Origin: an uncultured Eubacteriales bacterium
GTDB lineage: Bacteria; Acidobacteriota; Aminicenantia; Aminicenantales; UBA8522
Length of the DNA: 64,000 nt
Assembly: GCA_964353705.1 (NCBI GenBank)
Contig: CAYGXD010000003.1
Span: 891-64,890 of the forward strand
Direction: 5' to 3'
Both the position numbers and the translations under genes were made by a program. This document shows, in pieces, positions 43,241 through 52,677 of the stretch. Positions within the stretch are counted from its first letter, which is position 1; every line of letters begins with the position of its first letter. The notes under the pieces are model-generated. The model was given only the letters and a program-made list of their open reading frames with translations. It searched no databases and was not told the origin of the DNA.

Positions 43241-45034
43241 CTACCCGCTGTTTTTCTCTTCCTCGTAAAGGGCGTCGATCAAGGTTTTGTATTTCTGTTC
43301 GATGATGTTCCGCTTGACCTTGAGGCTGGGGGTCATCTCTCCCTTCTCGATCTCGAAATCCCGGTCGAGAAGGGCGATCTTTTTGACCCTCTCGTACTGG
43401 GCCAGGTTGGGGGTGGCCCGGTCGACTTCGGCTTTAAGGAAACTGACCACCAGCCCGTTACGGACGAGCTCGGCGCGGCCGGCGAAGGGGACATTGCTCG
43501 ACCGGGCGTATTTTTCCAGCTTCTCGAAATTGGGCACGATCAGGGCGCAGACGAACCTGCGGCGGTCGCCGATGACAACGGCGTTGGAGATGTAGGGGTT
43601 GGTCTTGAGGAGGTTCTCGATCGGTTGAGGCGCGATATTCTTTCCGCCGGCCGTAACGATGATGTCTTTTTTGCGGTCGGTGATGACGACAAACCCGTCT
43701 TTGTCGATATGCCCGATATCTCCGGTGTGGAACCAGCCTCCTTCAAACGCTTCCCGGGTTTCGGCCTCCTTCTTGTAGTAGCCTTTCATCACGTGCGGCC
43801 CGCGGGTCAGGATCTCCCCGTCCGGAGCGATCTTGACATCCACTCCGGGGATGGGCTTGCCGACCGTCCCCAGCCTGATGTTCTCAAACGTGTTGACCGA
43901 GATCACGGGGGAAGTCTCCGTCAAGCCGTATCCCTCCAGGATGACGAGCCCCAGGGCGTAGAAAAACTCGGCGATGTCCTTGGACAGGGGCGCTCCTCCG
44001 GAGACGAAAAAGCGCACCCGGCCGCCGGTTTTTTCAATGATCTTGGAGTAGACCAGCTTGTGGGCCAGGTTTCTTTTTCTCTGGAGCCCGCCGGGGATCG
44101 TCTCCTTGTTCAGCTTGCGGCGGCCGTATTCCTTTCCCACCTTGAGCGCCCAATAGAAAATCCTTTTCTTCAGGGTCGAGCTGGAGAGGACGTTGTCCAT
44201 GACCTTGGCATAGATCTTCTCAAAAACGCGGGGAACACTGACCATGATGTTCGGCCGGATCTCGAGCAGATTCTCGCCCACCGTCTCGACGCTTTCGGCA
44301 TAACCGATCCGACAGCCCTTGAAAATATAAGTGAAGGTGACCATCCTTTCCAGGATGTGGGACAGCGGCAGGAAAGAAAGCACAGTATCTTTATCGGAAA
44401 ACTCAACGATGGTGGAAATGGTCTGGACGTTGCTCAGGAAATTGCTGTGGGTGAGGATGACTCCCTTGGGAAGACCGGTCGTGCCGGACGTATAGATGAG
44501 GGAAGCTTCGTCCTCGGGTTTGACCACGTTGACGAGCGACTCAAACAGCGCCGGGTCCTTCTCCTCGAGCTTGCGGCCCCGGCCCATGACCTGATCGACT
44601 GTGAGAACGCCCTCCGGCGCCTGTCCCAGGAAGGTGATGTAATGGCGGACTTTGCTCAGGCTGGACTTTACGGCCTCGACCTTCTTCCAGAGATCCTCGG
44701 AGGAAACGAAGACGGCCTTGGCGTCGGAATCATCGATGATGTACTTGATCTGCTCGGGGACCAGGGAGGTATAAATGGGGACGGTGATGGCCCCCAGGCA
44801 GAGGTTGGCGTGATCGGCGATGACCCATTCGGGCCGGTTCTCGGAAAGGAGGACGACCTTATCCCCTCTCTGGAGGCCAAGATCCCTGAGCCCCAGGCAC
44901 AGGTGCCTGACCCGCCGGCCGAACTCCTCGGTCGAGAGCGGCTGATAACGGCCTTCCGACTTGTAGAGCATGAAGTCCGGCTTGGGATAGTTCCTGACGG
45001 TATCCAGAAGAACATGGGCGAGCGTACCGGCCAT
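43241..45034 (-). CDS. long-chain fatty acid--CoA ligase (AMP-binding)
   Basis: AMP-binding motif YTSGTTGLPKGV, plus TGDIG and GKNIAPQPIE. 597 aa. Confidence 0.8.
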   Translation of the reverse strand: MAGTLAHVLLDTVRNYPKPDFMLYKSEGRYQPLSTEEFGRRVRHLCLGLRDLGLQRGDKVVLLSENRPEWVIADHANLCLGAITVPIYTSLVPEQIKYIIDDSDAKAVFVSSEDLWKKVEAVKSSLSKVRHYITFLGQAPEGVLTVDQVMGRGRKLEEKDPALFESLVNVVKPEDEASLIYTSGTTGLPKGVILTHSNFLSNVQTISTIVEFSDKDTVLSFLPLSHILERMVTFTYIFKGCRIGYAESVETVGENLLEIRPNIMVSVPRVFEKIYAKVMDNVLSSSTLKKRIFYWALKVGKEYGRRKLNKETIPGGLQRKRNLAHKLVYSKIIEKTGGRVRFFVSGGAPLSKDIAEFFYALGLVILEGYGLTETSPVISVNTFENIRLGTVGKPIPGVDVKIAPDGEILTRGPHVMKGYYKKEAETREAFEGGWFHTGDIGHIDKDGFVVITDRKKDIIVTAGGKNIAPQPIENLLKTNPYISNAVVIGDRRRFVCALIVPNFEKLEKYARSSNVPFAGRAELVRNGLVVSFLKAEVDRATPNLAQYERVKKIALLDRDFEIEKGEMTPSLKVKRNIIEQKYKTLIDALYEEEKNSG

Positions 45035-45147
45035 TTCTCCCTCCTGAGTTAAGGTGGGCTCATTGTAGATTCAGGCCGGGCGACTGTCAAGGAAAAGTTG
45101 AGAACCGGCCCGCCGGGGCGAGGGGATCCGGTTCCGCGCAGCAGGTT

Positions 45148-46176
45148 CTACTTGCTGACGTCCGAATCCTCGTCGGGCCAATTGTCGTCGGTGCGCTTCC
45201 AGGTCTTGTCCGGGTTGTAGCGTTCCATCGCTTTGACAATCTCGAGCGAGTCCGGCCCCAGGTCTTTTTCGTAGACGATCCCGTCATAGCTGACCATAAA
45301 GGTCTTGACTCCCGTAACTTGGTATTCGATTGGAACAGCGACGAGGGCGAATCCTCCGATCATCAGCCCCTTGATCACATAGTCGAGCTCCCCCAGAGGC
45401 GCCGCCGGCCCCTGCCCTTTTAAGACTTTGAAATAGTAGCCGTGGTAACCGGATCCCTTGACGGAGTAACCTTCCTCGATCGCGCGCGCAATCGCTTCGC
45501 TGATGGGGCCGCCCGGGGTGCCATCCGCATTCTTCCAAACCAAGCCATCCTTTTTCCCGGGAGTGCTGAAGATCTTCTGGGCGTACTGGTTGATCCCGGT
45601 GAGCTCGCGGGCCATCAACGCGTATTCGTATTGAGCTTCGACGAAGCCCCGGCAGATCTGGATGGCGTCCAGCTCATTGGCTCCAATGCGCCGGAAGACG
45701 ACCTCGTCGAGGCCCGCCGGGGAGTCAAAATACCACTTGCCCTCCTTTTTAACGAGCGGAACCGGAAATGGCCAATCCAGCTCGCCGACGATCAGGACCG
45801 CACGTTCCGGTGTCTTCGGATCCAGGTACACGGTGTGCTTCTCTCGAGCCTTTGCGGCGAAAGCTTCCACGGTGTTCCTATCCTGCACAGGGTCAGCCGC
45901 AGGCAGGAGATCCTTGCCCTCGGGACCGAAAATCTCCAAAAGAGCCGGCCCATCATAGCGCTCCGCTGCCTCAATCAAGGCAGCGGCCGCTTGCTGCGGT
46001 GTATCAAAAGCTTTTTGAGCGGAAGGGGCAGACGCTGAGGCTTTCTGCGCGGACTGCGGCTCCGCGGCTGAAATGACGCTCAGGGCGCCGGATAGGGCGG
46101 CCACGCCAATGGAGAGAAGAGCGCGCCGTACGACTTTCACGCCTGTTATTGAACTCATAGCCTTATCCTTGTTCAT
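45148..46176 (-). CDS. secreted DUF2950-like protein
   Basis: AAGGAGG lies 9 nt before ATG 46176. Signal peptide. Consistently adjacent to the DUF3300-like gene, as this pair usually is. Confidence 0.5.
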   Translation of the reverse strand: MNKDKAMSSITGVKVVRRALLSIGVAALSGALSVISAAEPQSAQKASASAPSAQKAFDTPQQAAAALIEAAERYDGPALLEIFGPEGKDLLPAADPVQDRNTVEAFAAKAREKHTVYLDPKTPERAVLIVGELDWPFPVPLVKKEGKWYFDSPAGLDEVVFRRIGANELDAIQICRGFVEAQYEYALMARELTGINQYAQKIFSTPGKKDGLVWKNADGTPGGPISEAIARAIEEGYSVKGSGYHGYYFKVLKGQGPAAPLGELDYVIKGLMIGGFALVAVPIEYQVTGVKTFMVSYDGIVYEKDLGPDSLEIVKAMERYNPDKTWKRTDDNWPDEDSDVSK

Positions 46177-46184
46177 GGTCTGGT

Positions 46185-47420
46185 TTACCTCCTTCTCCCG
46201 CCGCCGCCACGCGAGCCTCCAAAGCTCGAAGATCCCCGGGAACTGCTGGCTCGTGCGGAGCGGCCGCTTGTGCCGCTGGAAGCCCCGCCGAAGGCACCGG
46301 AGCTGCGCGATTTTCCGCCGTTGGAAACGCTCCGGCTGCCTACGCGGTCCCCGCCTCCACCGCCGCTGCGGTCCATCGTGCTGCCCTGTCGACTGCTTCC
46401 CGTTCTTGCCTGCTGCTGGCGCGCGCTGGACTGCCGCGCCGACATGGAATCGCCGCGCGCCGTCCCGCCGAATTTGTTGGCTGTCGCCCTGTCCGAGTAG
46501 GGAGCGCCGCCGCGATGCTGCGGGTTGTGCTGCCAGTTGTTGCCGCCGCCGCGGTTGATATTGGTGTTCCTATTGAAATCGTTGTGCACATTGATGTTGA
46601 CATCATTGTGCCCCCAGCCGCAGCCCCAGCCCCAGCCGCCGCCGAACGCGGCTCCCATGAACACTCCGATCCCGAACGAAATCGCCACGCCTGCGGCATA
46701 ATACCCCGGCGGGGGATAATAGATCGGCGGATAGGGATAGACAGGCGGGCCATAGATGACTGTCGGGTTATAGCTGGGAACATAGATCACCTGCGGATCA
46801 GACTGCTCGATGACGATCACCTCCTTGGTATCGACCACCTTGGTTTCCACCTTCTGCTGCTCGGAGGGTTTCAAGTTCCCCTTATCCTGGGCCTTTTTCC
46901 TCATGCGTTGGACCGCGTCCATGACATCAGCCTGCTGCGCCAGAAAAGCATTCCCCAGATCCGTAGCCCACTTGATGTCATCCGCCAGCCGCTTGACGAC
47001 ATCCGGAAGCGACGCCATGGCCTGGATGCTCGGATCCCAATCCTGCTTCTTCACCGCATCCGCCAGCGCCTGGTCTTTCAGGTCCTTGTTCTTCTCCAGC
47101 CACTGTTGAAGCTGGACGATCTCCAGGGGATATGTCGAGGCGACGAGGACCTGGCTGAGAAGCGGGTCGGGATAGAGGGCGATGGGAGCCACCAGCGAAT
47201 CCAGTTGATCAGTGGACAGTTTCACGGCGGCCTCGGGTGCGGCCGCTGTCTGCTCAGTGGCCGTCTGCGCCGCAATTGCCGAGATCATCCACTCTCCCGG
47301 CGCCAGGAGTGCGGCACAGAGAACGGCTAAAAAGACCTGAAAAGTCCGCCTCTCACGCCGGATTTTGGACAATAGTCTTAAGGTTATCGGAGGGGAGAAA
47401 AGCCTTGCTCTGACTGCCAT
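46185..47420 (-). CDS. secreted DUF3300-like protein with a Gly/Ser/Arg-rich low-complexity C-terminus
   Basis: AAGGAG lies 8 nt before ATG 47420. VAPIALYPDPLLSQVLVASTYPLEIVQLQQWL matches the DUF3300 core. The last ~150 aa are GGG/SS/RR repeats. Confidence 0.5.
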   Translation of the reverse strand: MAVRARLFSPPITLRLLSKIRRERRTFQVFLAVLCAALLAPGEWMISAIAAQTATEQTAAAPEAAVKLSTDQLDSLVAPIALYPDPLLSQVLVASTYPLEIVQLQQWLEKNKDLKDQALADAVKKQDWDPSIQAMASLPDVVKRLADDIKWATDLGNAFLAQQADVMDAVQRMRKKAQDKGNLKPSEQQKVETKVVDTKEVIVIEQSDPQVIYVPSYNPTVIYGPPVYPYPPIYYPPPGYYAAGVAISFGIGVFMGAAFGGGWGWGCGWGHNDVNINVHNDFNRNTNINRGGGNNWQHNPQHRGGAPYSDRATANKFGGTARGDSMSARQSSARQQQARTGSSRQGSTMDRSGGGGGDRVGSRSVSNGGKSRSSGAFGGASSGTSGRSARASSSRGSSSFGGSRGGGGRRR

Positions 47421-47590
47421 AAAGGTGCTCCTTTTATTTCAAGAGATTCCGGAATAGCCTTTTTCCCAAGGAAAAAGCGGCCCCAACTAAGAACGGCATC
47501 GGAAGATGCGAAAGCGGCTGTAACTATGAATGTTCACTCATAGATGATATTGAGGGAACCCGCCGTTGTCAATGGACGGCGAAGCCTGCT

Positions 47591-48715
47591 CTATTTCGCG
47601 CCGAAGTATTTGACGTCCTTTTTTTCTTCCTTTTCTGGTGCGGCGTTCGGATCCCATTTTCCAGCCATCCAATCCTCGTATTTTTTGAACATATAGCTGC
47701 GGAACTCTTTTCTGAGTTGAGGACCTTGTTCCGATTGGGCCAGATACTCCTGCATCAGTTTAAGCCGTCCGAGACCGGCCACCTGGATCAATTTCACTAT
47801 GCCGTCATAGGCCTCCCTGTAGGTTTTAGCGGGAAAGGTGACCGTGCGGTCTTTGTAATCGATCCCGGGAACCCCCTCCAGGATGCTGTGGTCGGCCGGA
47901 AATTGCGTCCGAAGCGCTGCCGTAAGCGGTTCGGTGAAGGCCAGATATTTCGCCCGGGAGAGGTTCTCGACAGCCTTTTTCGCTTTTTCCTGTATTTCGG
48001 CATGGACGACATCCAGGGGATAGAGCTCGGCATCGAACCAGTTGATCGCCTTTTTAACGGTGACATACTCCAGCCAGTCCAGGTACTCGAGCTGCACTTT
48101 CAAAACGTCATCCCCCGAGGCAAAGATGACCGGGACGCCGAACCGGCCCCATGAATAAGCGATGATCTCGGTTTCGTTTATGGATTTGCCGTTGATGATC
48201 CAGTCACAACCCCCGTTGTAGGTGTGAGCGATGAAGCCGCTTGAGCCTGTCTTCGCGTGCATGCAGACGACGGCGACGGCATCGTATTTTTCGGTTTCGG
48301 GCAGGTCGCTATAGGGGTCGAAGGGAGTATCTTTGTAGATCACCTGGGCCCGTGGATCGAGTTTGCCAAGATCGACATCGGGTTCCGGATTCCCGCTGCC
48401 GTGGGCATCAGTGACATCGACGACGTCGGCTCCGCCGGCAAACAATCCGGCGATGACGGCGTTGACATCCTGAGTCAGATTGTCCCTGCCTGTTTGATAG
48501 TCCGGATTTCCAAACCCGGTTTGCTCCATGCGGTTGACACCTGAAATTCCCTCCATGTCGTAATAGAGAAGGATTTTGGTCGTCCCGTCCGCATCCGGAC
48601 GAACGGCGTTTACAGTATAGGCGGGAATATCCGTTGCCGCTTTTTGTTCACGGCAGCAAAAAAACAGACCCGCAATCCACATAGCCAGCACGCCTGTCAA
48701 CAACACTTTTCTCAT
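47591..48715 (-). CDS. M55-family D-aminopeptidase (DppA-like) with a C-terminal extension, secreted
   Basis: KILLYYDMEGISGV, TDAHGSGNP and VCMHAKTGS align with the DppA pattern SVDMEGISG / NDSH / GYHA. About 100 extra C-terminal residues. Confidence 0.5.
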   Translation of the reverse strand: MRKVLLTGVLAMWIAGLFFCCREQKAATDIPAYTVNAVRPDADGTTKILLYYDMEGISGVNRMEQTGFGNPDYQTGRDNLTQDVNAVIAGLFAGGADVVDVTDAHGSGNPEPDVDLGKLDPRAQVIYKDTPFDPYSDLPETEKYDAVAVVCMHAKTGSSGFIAHTYNGGCDWIINGKSINETEIIAYSWGRFGVPVIFASGDDVLKVQLEYLDWLEYVTVKKAINWFDAELYPLDVVHAEIQEKAKKAVENLSRAKYLAFTEPLTAALRTQFPADHSILEGVPGIDYKDRTVTFPAKTYREAYDGIVKLIQVAGLGRLKLMQEYLAQSEQGPQLRKEFRSYMFKKYEDWMAGKWDPNAAPEKEEKKDVKYFGAK

Positions 48716-48841
48716 CCCCTGGACTCCTTTCCATCAATATGCTGCTGTCACCATAAGAGCTGAATTATTATAAAAAAATGACACAACAACTTCACTATAT
48801 AAAACAAATCGGCGGTTTTTCGTTATTCGCGGGCGTCCCGT

Positions 48842-49462
48842 TCAAAACAACGCCTGGGAATATTCCCGGAGTCGAGCCCGGCGGCGCCGCGCATCCGGCA
48901 TGCGGCTATCCAGTTCGGCCCAAAAGGCCCGGCCATGGCCTCGGACGCGGGTATGGACGAGTTCGTGAAGGATGACGTAATCGGCCAGGTCCGGCGGCAC
49001 GACGGCCAGGAGCGCGTTGAGTTGGATGCGGCCGGAGGGCGAGGCGCTGCCCCAGACGGTCCCCTGGCGGCGGACACTCAGGCGGCCGGGGCTATAGCCG
49101 TGCTCGCGGGCCAGAGCGTCCAGGCGCTTGGAGAGATACGCCCGGGCGGAGCGGCGGTCCAGACGCTCAGCGGCTTGGACCGTCTCACGGCAGCGGCTGC
49201 GGGCGCGCTCAATATGGGCGAGCGCGCGCCTGATCCAGCCAATCTTGGCGAGGGCGACTCTTCGCGCTTCCTGGAACGGCACGCGCCAGGGGACAGCAAC
49301 CCGGACCCTCCGGGAGGCCCGTACGGTCAGCGAGATGCGGCGGGCCCGCCGGGTCTTTTCGAACAGAACGGGGCCGACACCGTCGAGGCTGAACGTCCGA
49401 GATCTTCTTGGCGTCGCGCGGGGCTCACTGCCTTCAAGCATGGAATCGGCGCCCGTCCTCAC
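48842..49462 (-). CDS. YgjP-like (DUF45 / M48-related) zinc metallohydrolase
   Basis: HELVHTRVRGHGRAFWAEL (HExxH plus downstream) near the C-terminus. Size typical of DUF45. Confidence 0.6.
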   Translation of the reverse strand: MRTGADSMLEGSEPRATPRRSRTFSLDGVGPVLFEKTRRARRISLTVRASRRVRVAVPWRVPFQEARRVALAKIGWIRRALAHIERARSRCRETVQAAERLDRRSARAYLSKRLDALAREHGYSPGRLSVRRQGTVWGSASPSGRIQLNALLAVVPPDLADYVILHELVHTRVRGHGRAFWAELDSRMPDARRRRARLREYSQALF

Positions 49463-49518
49463 GACGCGATGATATTACCGGCCAAAGACAGGAGTCAAGG
49501 ACTCAGCATCCGGAGGGC

Positions 49519-49600
49519 GCGCTCTCAGCTCTCTTCGGCCTTGGGCACCGAGCAGATCTTGTCCCTGTTCGCCAGGTTGATCAGGCGCACGCTGGGCGGG
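49519..49600 (-). repeat. copy A of a GyrA-C-terminal-tail-like segment (3-prime gene-end fragment with stop codon)
   Basis: Minus-strand translation gives ...SVRLINLANRDKICSVPKAEES-stop (stop = revcomp of 49525-49527). About 80% identical over ~75 nt to copy C, with no upstream ORF attached. Confidence 0.6.
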
Positions 49601-49618
49601 CCGGACGGCCTCCGGACA

Positions 49619-49924
49619 TCAGGTCTTCTCCAGGAATTCCTTGAAGCGGGCCCGATAGGCCTTGAAGGCTGCAGCGCCCGCGTCGGTCAGACGGACGAGG
49701 GTTAGGGGGATGCGCCCGCGGTAGGTCTTTTCGATGGTGATGTAGCGGGCCTCCTCGAGCTTGGCCAGGTGCGAAGAGAGGTTCCCTTTAGTCAATCCGG
49801 TCTCGCGCTGAAGGTAGAGGAAATCGGCACTCTCGACGACCGAGAGGATGGCCGTCAGGGCGAGGCGGGCCGGCTCGTGGATGAGACGGTCGAGGCCGGC
49901 CAGGTCGCGAAGGTCAGTGGGCAT
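49619..49924 (-). CDS. winged-helix transcriptional regulator (HTH_34/PadR-like small regulator)
   Basis: 101 aa. ETGLTKGNLSSHLAKLEEARYITIEK is a wHTH recognition-helix plus wing pattern. Confidence 0.55.
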   Translation of the reverse strand: MPTDLRDLAGLDRLIHEPARLALTAILSVVESADFLYLQRETGLTKGNLSSHLAKLEEARYITIEKTYRGRIPLTLVRLTDAGAAAFKAYRARFKEFLEKT

Positions 49925-50561
49925 CGGTACCCTCCGTGCCTCCGGCGTCGGGGCGGGGCGAGCGCCTGAAGTAGACTATGAGGGCGGCCAGGCCGGAGAC
50001 GACCATGGCGGCGCCGAAGAGGCCATAGTAGAGGCTGACCCCCTTGATGTCGCCGAACCCGGACGCGGTGACAGCGACTCCGATTGCGGCCGAGGCCGCG
50101 GCGAGGACGTAGAAGCGGACAAGGCCGACCCTGTTGGCGATGAAGAAAACGGCGACGGCGAACAGAAGGCCGTTCAGAGCGGGAAAGAAGGCCTTGAGCG
50201 ACGGCGAGAGCGTGTAGAGCGCGGCGAGAGAAGCGCCTATGAGACCGGCGGTGATCGCGACGGCGGCGCGACGCTTCGGATTCGGCTCTTTTTTCTTGAA
50301 CGCCACGTAGCCGGTTCTGGGGTAGGTGATGCGGCGCTTGAAGTAGCGCATAAAGCGGCTGACGAGGAATCCGGATGAGAAGATGACGAAGACGAACAGG
50401 ACGCTGAGCACCGCGTTGAGCGGGGAGCCCTCGGGGATGGCCGCCTGGGCGAAGAAATAGCCCCCGAGCAGAAGGAAGATGAGGCCGAGCGCGATCTCGT
50501 TCAGGCCGTCGTCGTAGAAGCTCTGGACGGTCCGTTTCTCGATCCTTTTGATGTCGATCAT
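49914..50561 (-). CDS. integral membrane protein (4 TM) paired with the upstream wHTH regulator
   Basis: GGAG lies 9 nt before ATG 50561 (MIDIKRIEKRT...). Four long hydrophobic helices. Its 3-prime end overlaps the regulator start by 11 nt. Confidence 0.5.
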   Translation of the reverse strand: MIDIKRIEKRTVQSFYDDGLNEIALGLIFLLLGGYFFAQAAIPEGSPLNAVLSVLFVFVIFSSGFLVSRFMRYFKRRITYPRTGYVAFKKKEPNPKRRAAVAITAGLIGASLAALYTLSPSLKAFFPALNGLLFAVAVFFIANRVGLVRFYVLAAASAAIGVAVTASGFGDIKGVSLYYGLFGAAMVVSGLAALIVYFRRSPRPDAGGTEGTDAH

Positions 50562-50748
50562 GTTTTTTCTCCACTGTGGTTTGTAATACAAACTAGTTTG
50601 TATAATAACATGGATTTGGGGATTGTCAAGCGAAATCGTATTGGATTATGCTAAGCGCATATCAAGAAACCGCAGAACGTACCAAGGCCATCGAACGGAG
50701 GATCCATAAACGAAAGGCGAAGCGCCAGGGGAAAAAAAGGGATGGCCC

Positions 50749-50800
50749 TCATCTCTCCTCGGCCTTGGCCACTGAGCAGATCTTACTCCGGTCTTGCCTC
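50749..50800 (-). repeat. copy B of the GyrA-tail-like segment
   Basis: Minus-strand translation gives ...RSKICSVAKAEER-stop. A short (~50 nt) copy directly abutting an IS91-transposase C-terminal remnant on the other strand. Confidence 0.55.
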
Positions 50801-50888
50801 TTCTCGCCTTTTTCCTTTTTTCCGTATGCCCTGCTCCTTTTGCGGCGCCACGATGAAGATCATCGCTTTCCTCACCGCCTATAAAGCT

Positions 50889-51269
50889 ATGTCGCAATTC
50901 GGGAGAGACTACGCACCAACATTAAGAACGGAATATTCATTTGAAATCCCTATCAGTGATACCAATGTTCTGCTGGCCGCCTTTCTGACGGATGGAATCT
51001 GTGCCAAGCTTCTCACCCGCACACGCAAGCGCCGCTTTGATCTCTTCTTCTGCCCCCGCATCCTGAATGAATTTAAACGCATCATAAGCAAGAAGTTCAA
51101 GGCCGGCAGGGAAGAAACCGCCGCCGCAGTCGCCATCCTCCATGAGGCCGTCCAAACCATGGTGAAGCCGGTTACAGCGGATGAAAAGCGGTCCGAAGGT
51201 CACCCCGTTTTTCGCGCGGCATGGGATCGCAAAACCAAGATATCCCGGCCCGCGGACAGGTGTCAATAA
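50889..51269 (+). CDS. PIN_3-type PIN-domain protein (putative TA toxin), inside a mosaic ORF
   Basis: ISDTNVLLAAFLTDGICAKLL...FDLFFCPRILNEFKRIISKKF matches the PIN_3 pattern DTNVLxxA...ILxEYxxVL. The containing ORF (from 50742) reads through the repeat copy and a CSFCGATMKIIAFLTAY transposase-tail remnant. Start is uncertain and no SD is present. Confidence 0.4.
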   Translation: MSQFGRDYAPTLRTEYSFEIPISDTNVLLAAFLTDGICAKLLTRTRKRRFDLFFCPRILNEFKRIISKKFKAGREETAAAVAILHEAVQTMVKPVTADEKRSEGHPVFRAAWDRKTKISRPADRCQ

Positions 51270-51327
51270 CTCGAAATCCGGGGGGCGGGAGCTCCGGGGG
51301 GGATTGTCGGTCCGGACGGCTGAACAC

Positions 51328-51516
51328 TCAGTACTTTGGTTTTACGCCGGCCTGCTTGCACAGCTCGTTGGCTGTTATCCTATCTAAGGATTTATGCCTT
51401 TTCACGGGGATCGTCTTTTTGTCGTTCGTATAAATGGAATGGCTCTTGCCTTCGCGAAAAAGAAAGAACCCGTTTTCTTCGAGGTAACGGATGAGATCCC
51501 GGCGCTTGACGGACAT
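51328..51516 (-). CDS. hicA: HicA-family mRNA interferase toxin
   Basis: 62 aa: MSVKRRDLIRYLEENGFFLFREGKSHSIYTNDKKTIPVKRHKSLDRITANELCKQAGVKPKY. YcfA/HicA fold pattern (...GxxxxRxxGSHxxxx...P.H...L..G.L..I.KQAG). Confidence 0.8.
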   Translation of the reverse strand: MSVKRRDLIRYLEENGFFLFREGKSHSIYTNDKKTIPVKRHKSLDRITANELCKQAGVKPKY

Positions 51517-51735
51517 CTAAATCTGAGCAGGAATCTGCTCCAGCAGCGCGCCGCCCACGGGAATCTCTTTTTTTTGCCGGCGATAGGCCAAGATCATCTC
51601 ATGAAGAGCATCTTGGAGCATGGCTCGGCATTCTTCGAGGGTTTTCCCCTCCGTCACGACCTCCGGCCACTCGACGAGTTGGCCCATGTAACCGGATTTA
51701 ACCTTGATGTATTTAGCTATATAAGTGGAGAACAT
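51517..51735 (-). CDS. hicB: HicB-family antitoxin
   Basis: 72 aa immediately upstream of hicA (stop/start adjacent). GKTLEECRAMLQDALHEMILAY is the HicB N-domain pattern. TATAAT and AAAGGAGAG lie upstream of ATG 51735. Confidence 0.7.
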   Translation of the reverse strand: MFSTYIAKYIKVKSGYMGQLVEWPEVVTEGKTLEECRAMLQDALHEMILAYRRQKKEIPVGGALLEQIPAQI

Positions 51736-52079
51736 GATTTCTCTCCTTTATAAATCCATTATAACGGTTTTTAAAGGGAAAAAGGAGGAAACCCCTACAG
51801 AAAATAAAAAAAGGGCAGACTACCCTGAGAATAAGAATGAGAATAAGAATTTCGTTTTCGGCTGTGGTGGCCGAACGAGCCCTGGGGTGTCGATTTTCCC
51901 CTCCAAACATCGTGGGGAAGTATAAAGGACGACTCAAAAAGATGTCAAGGACAGCTTGGGGGTGTAGGTTATATCCGCAAGGCCTTCCGAGGCGCCTAAA
52001 GCACGGGAAATCACCCAGACCTCTCCTCCCGGTAGAGAGAAGATCATGAAAAATATCCGCTACTGGTCTCGGCGGCCCT

Positions 52080-52677
52080 CAGAACTTCCTGATAGGCTAG
52101 GTGCGTCGGAGGAGGTCTATCGGCGACAAAGCTTAGCTTGAGGTGGCCGATGATGCGATCCACCAAGGCATAATCGGTGAGGAAAGCGATGATCTTCATC
52201 GGGCCGCCGCATTGAGGGCAGACCAGCGGATCAACTTCTTAGACTTTACGGATCATCTCAGCCCCGCCCTTGGAGGGGATGGGCCGGAGCTCCTCCCTCC
52301 ACAACCCGGAGAGGAGAAGACCTCAGGTTTGCCTTCCTGACCTTCCCTCGATGGGCATTGGCATAGAGCCCGTAGTAGCGGACCATGACCTGGCCCCTGT
52401 CAGGAATGGGCGAGGTCACCCGGGCGATGAACTCCAGATAATCCATCGTCTCCAGTTCGGCCGCCTCCCGGCCCCAGCGGTAGCCGACCTTGCCCTCCCG
52501 CTCATCCAGGGAGAGGCGCTCCAGGGAAAGGACTGGCCGGACCATGTATTTCCCGACCCGTTCGGCTTCGATCTTTGTCCGGGCGCGGACCCGGCCGTGG
52601 ACGTTGAAACCACTATGCCGCCACGAAAGGATCCGCTCGACCCACTCCGGGCTAAGCAATCCTCTGCTCACCAGCAA
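52080..52677 (-). pseudogene. IS91-family (Y2) transposase C-terminal remnant, frameshifted
   Basis: ORF 52258..52677 ends ...RYYGLYANAHRGKVRKANL. In another frame just downstream (52143..52232, minus) comes CPQCGGPMKIIAFLTDYALVDRIIGHLKL, the characteristic IS91 TnpA C-terminal tail. No N-terminal HUH/Y2 domain is present. Confidence 0.55.

Noticed and set aside
43151-45052. 633 aa plus-strand ORF antisense to the fatty-acid CoA ligase
   Set aside because: Shadow ORF. The AMP-binding motifs are on the minus strand.
47440-47485. Hairpin CTTTTTCC-caa-GGAAAAAG between the DUF3300 and M55 genes, considered as a terminator
   Set aside because: Perfect 8 bp stem but AT-rich, with no flanking U-tract on the relevant strand. 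It is more likely incidental or a protein-binding palindrome, so it is not called.
50648-50884. 78 aa plus-strand ORF (MLSAYQETAERTKAIERRIHKRKAKRQ...) as a possible antitoxin for the PIN gene
   Set aside because: Its second half is simply the reverse reading of repeat copy B, and there is no RBS or recognisable antitoxin fold.
51826-51856. gaataagaat tandem direct repeat in the AT-rich noncoding segment, considered as a CRISPR or iteron
   Set aside because: Only two to three short units, with no spacer-repeat periodicity or associated cas/rep genes. It is too short to call.
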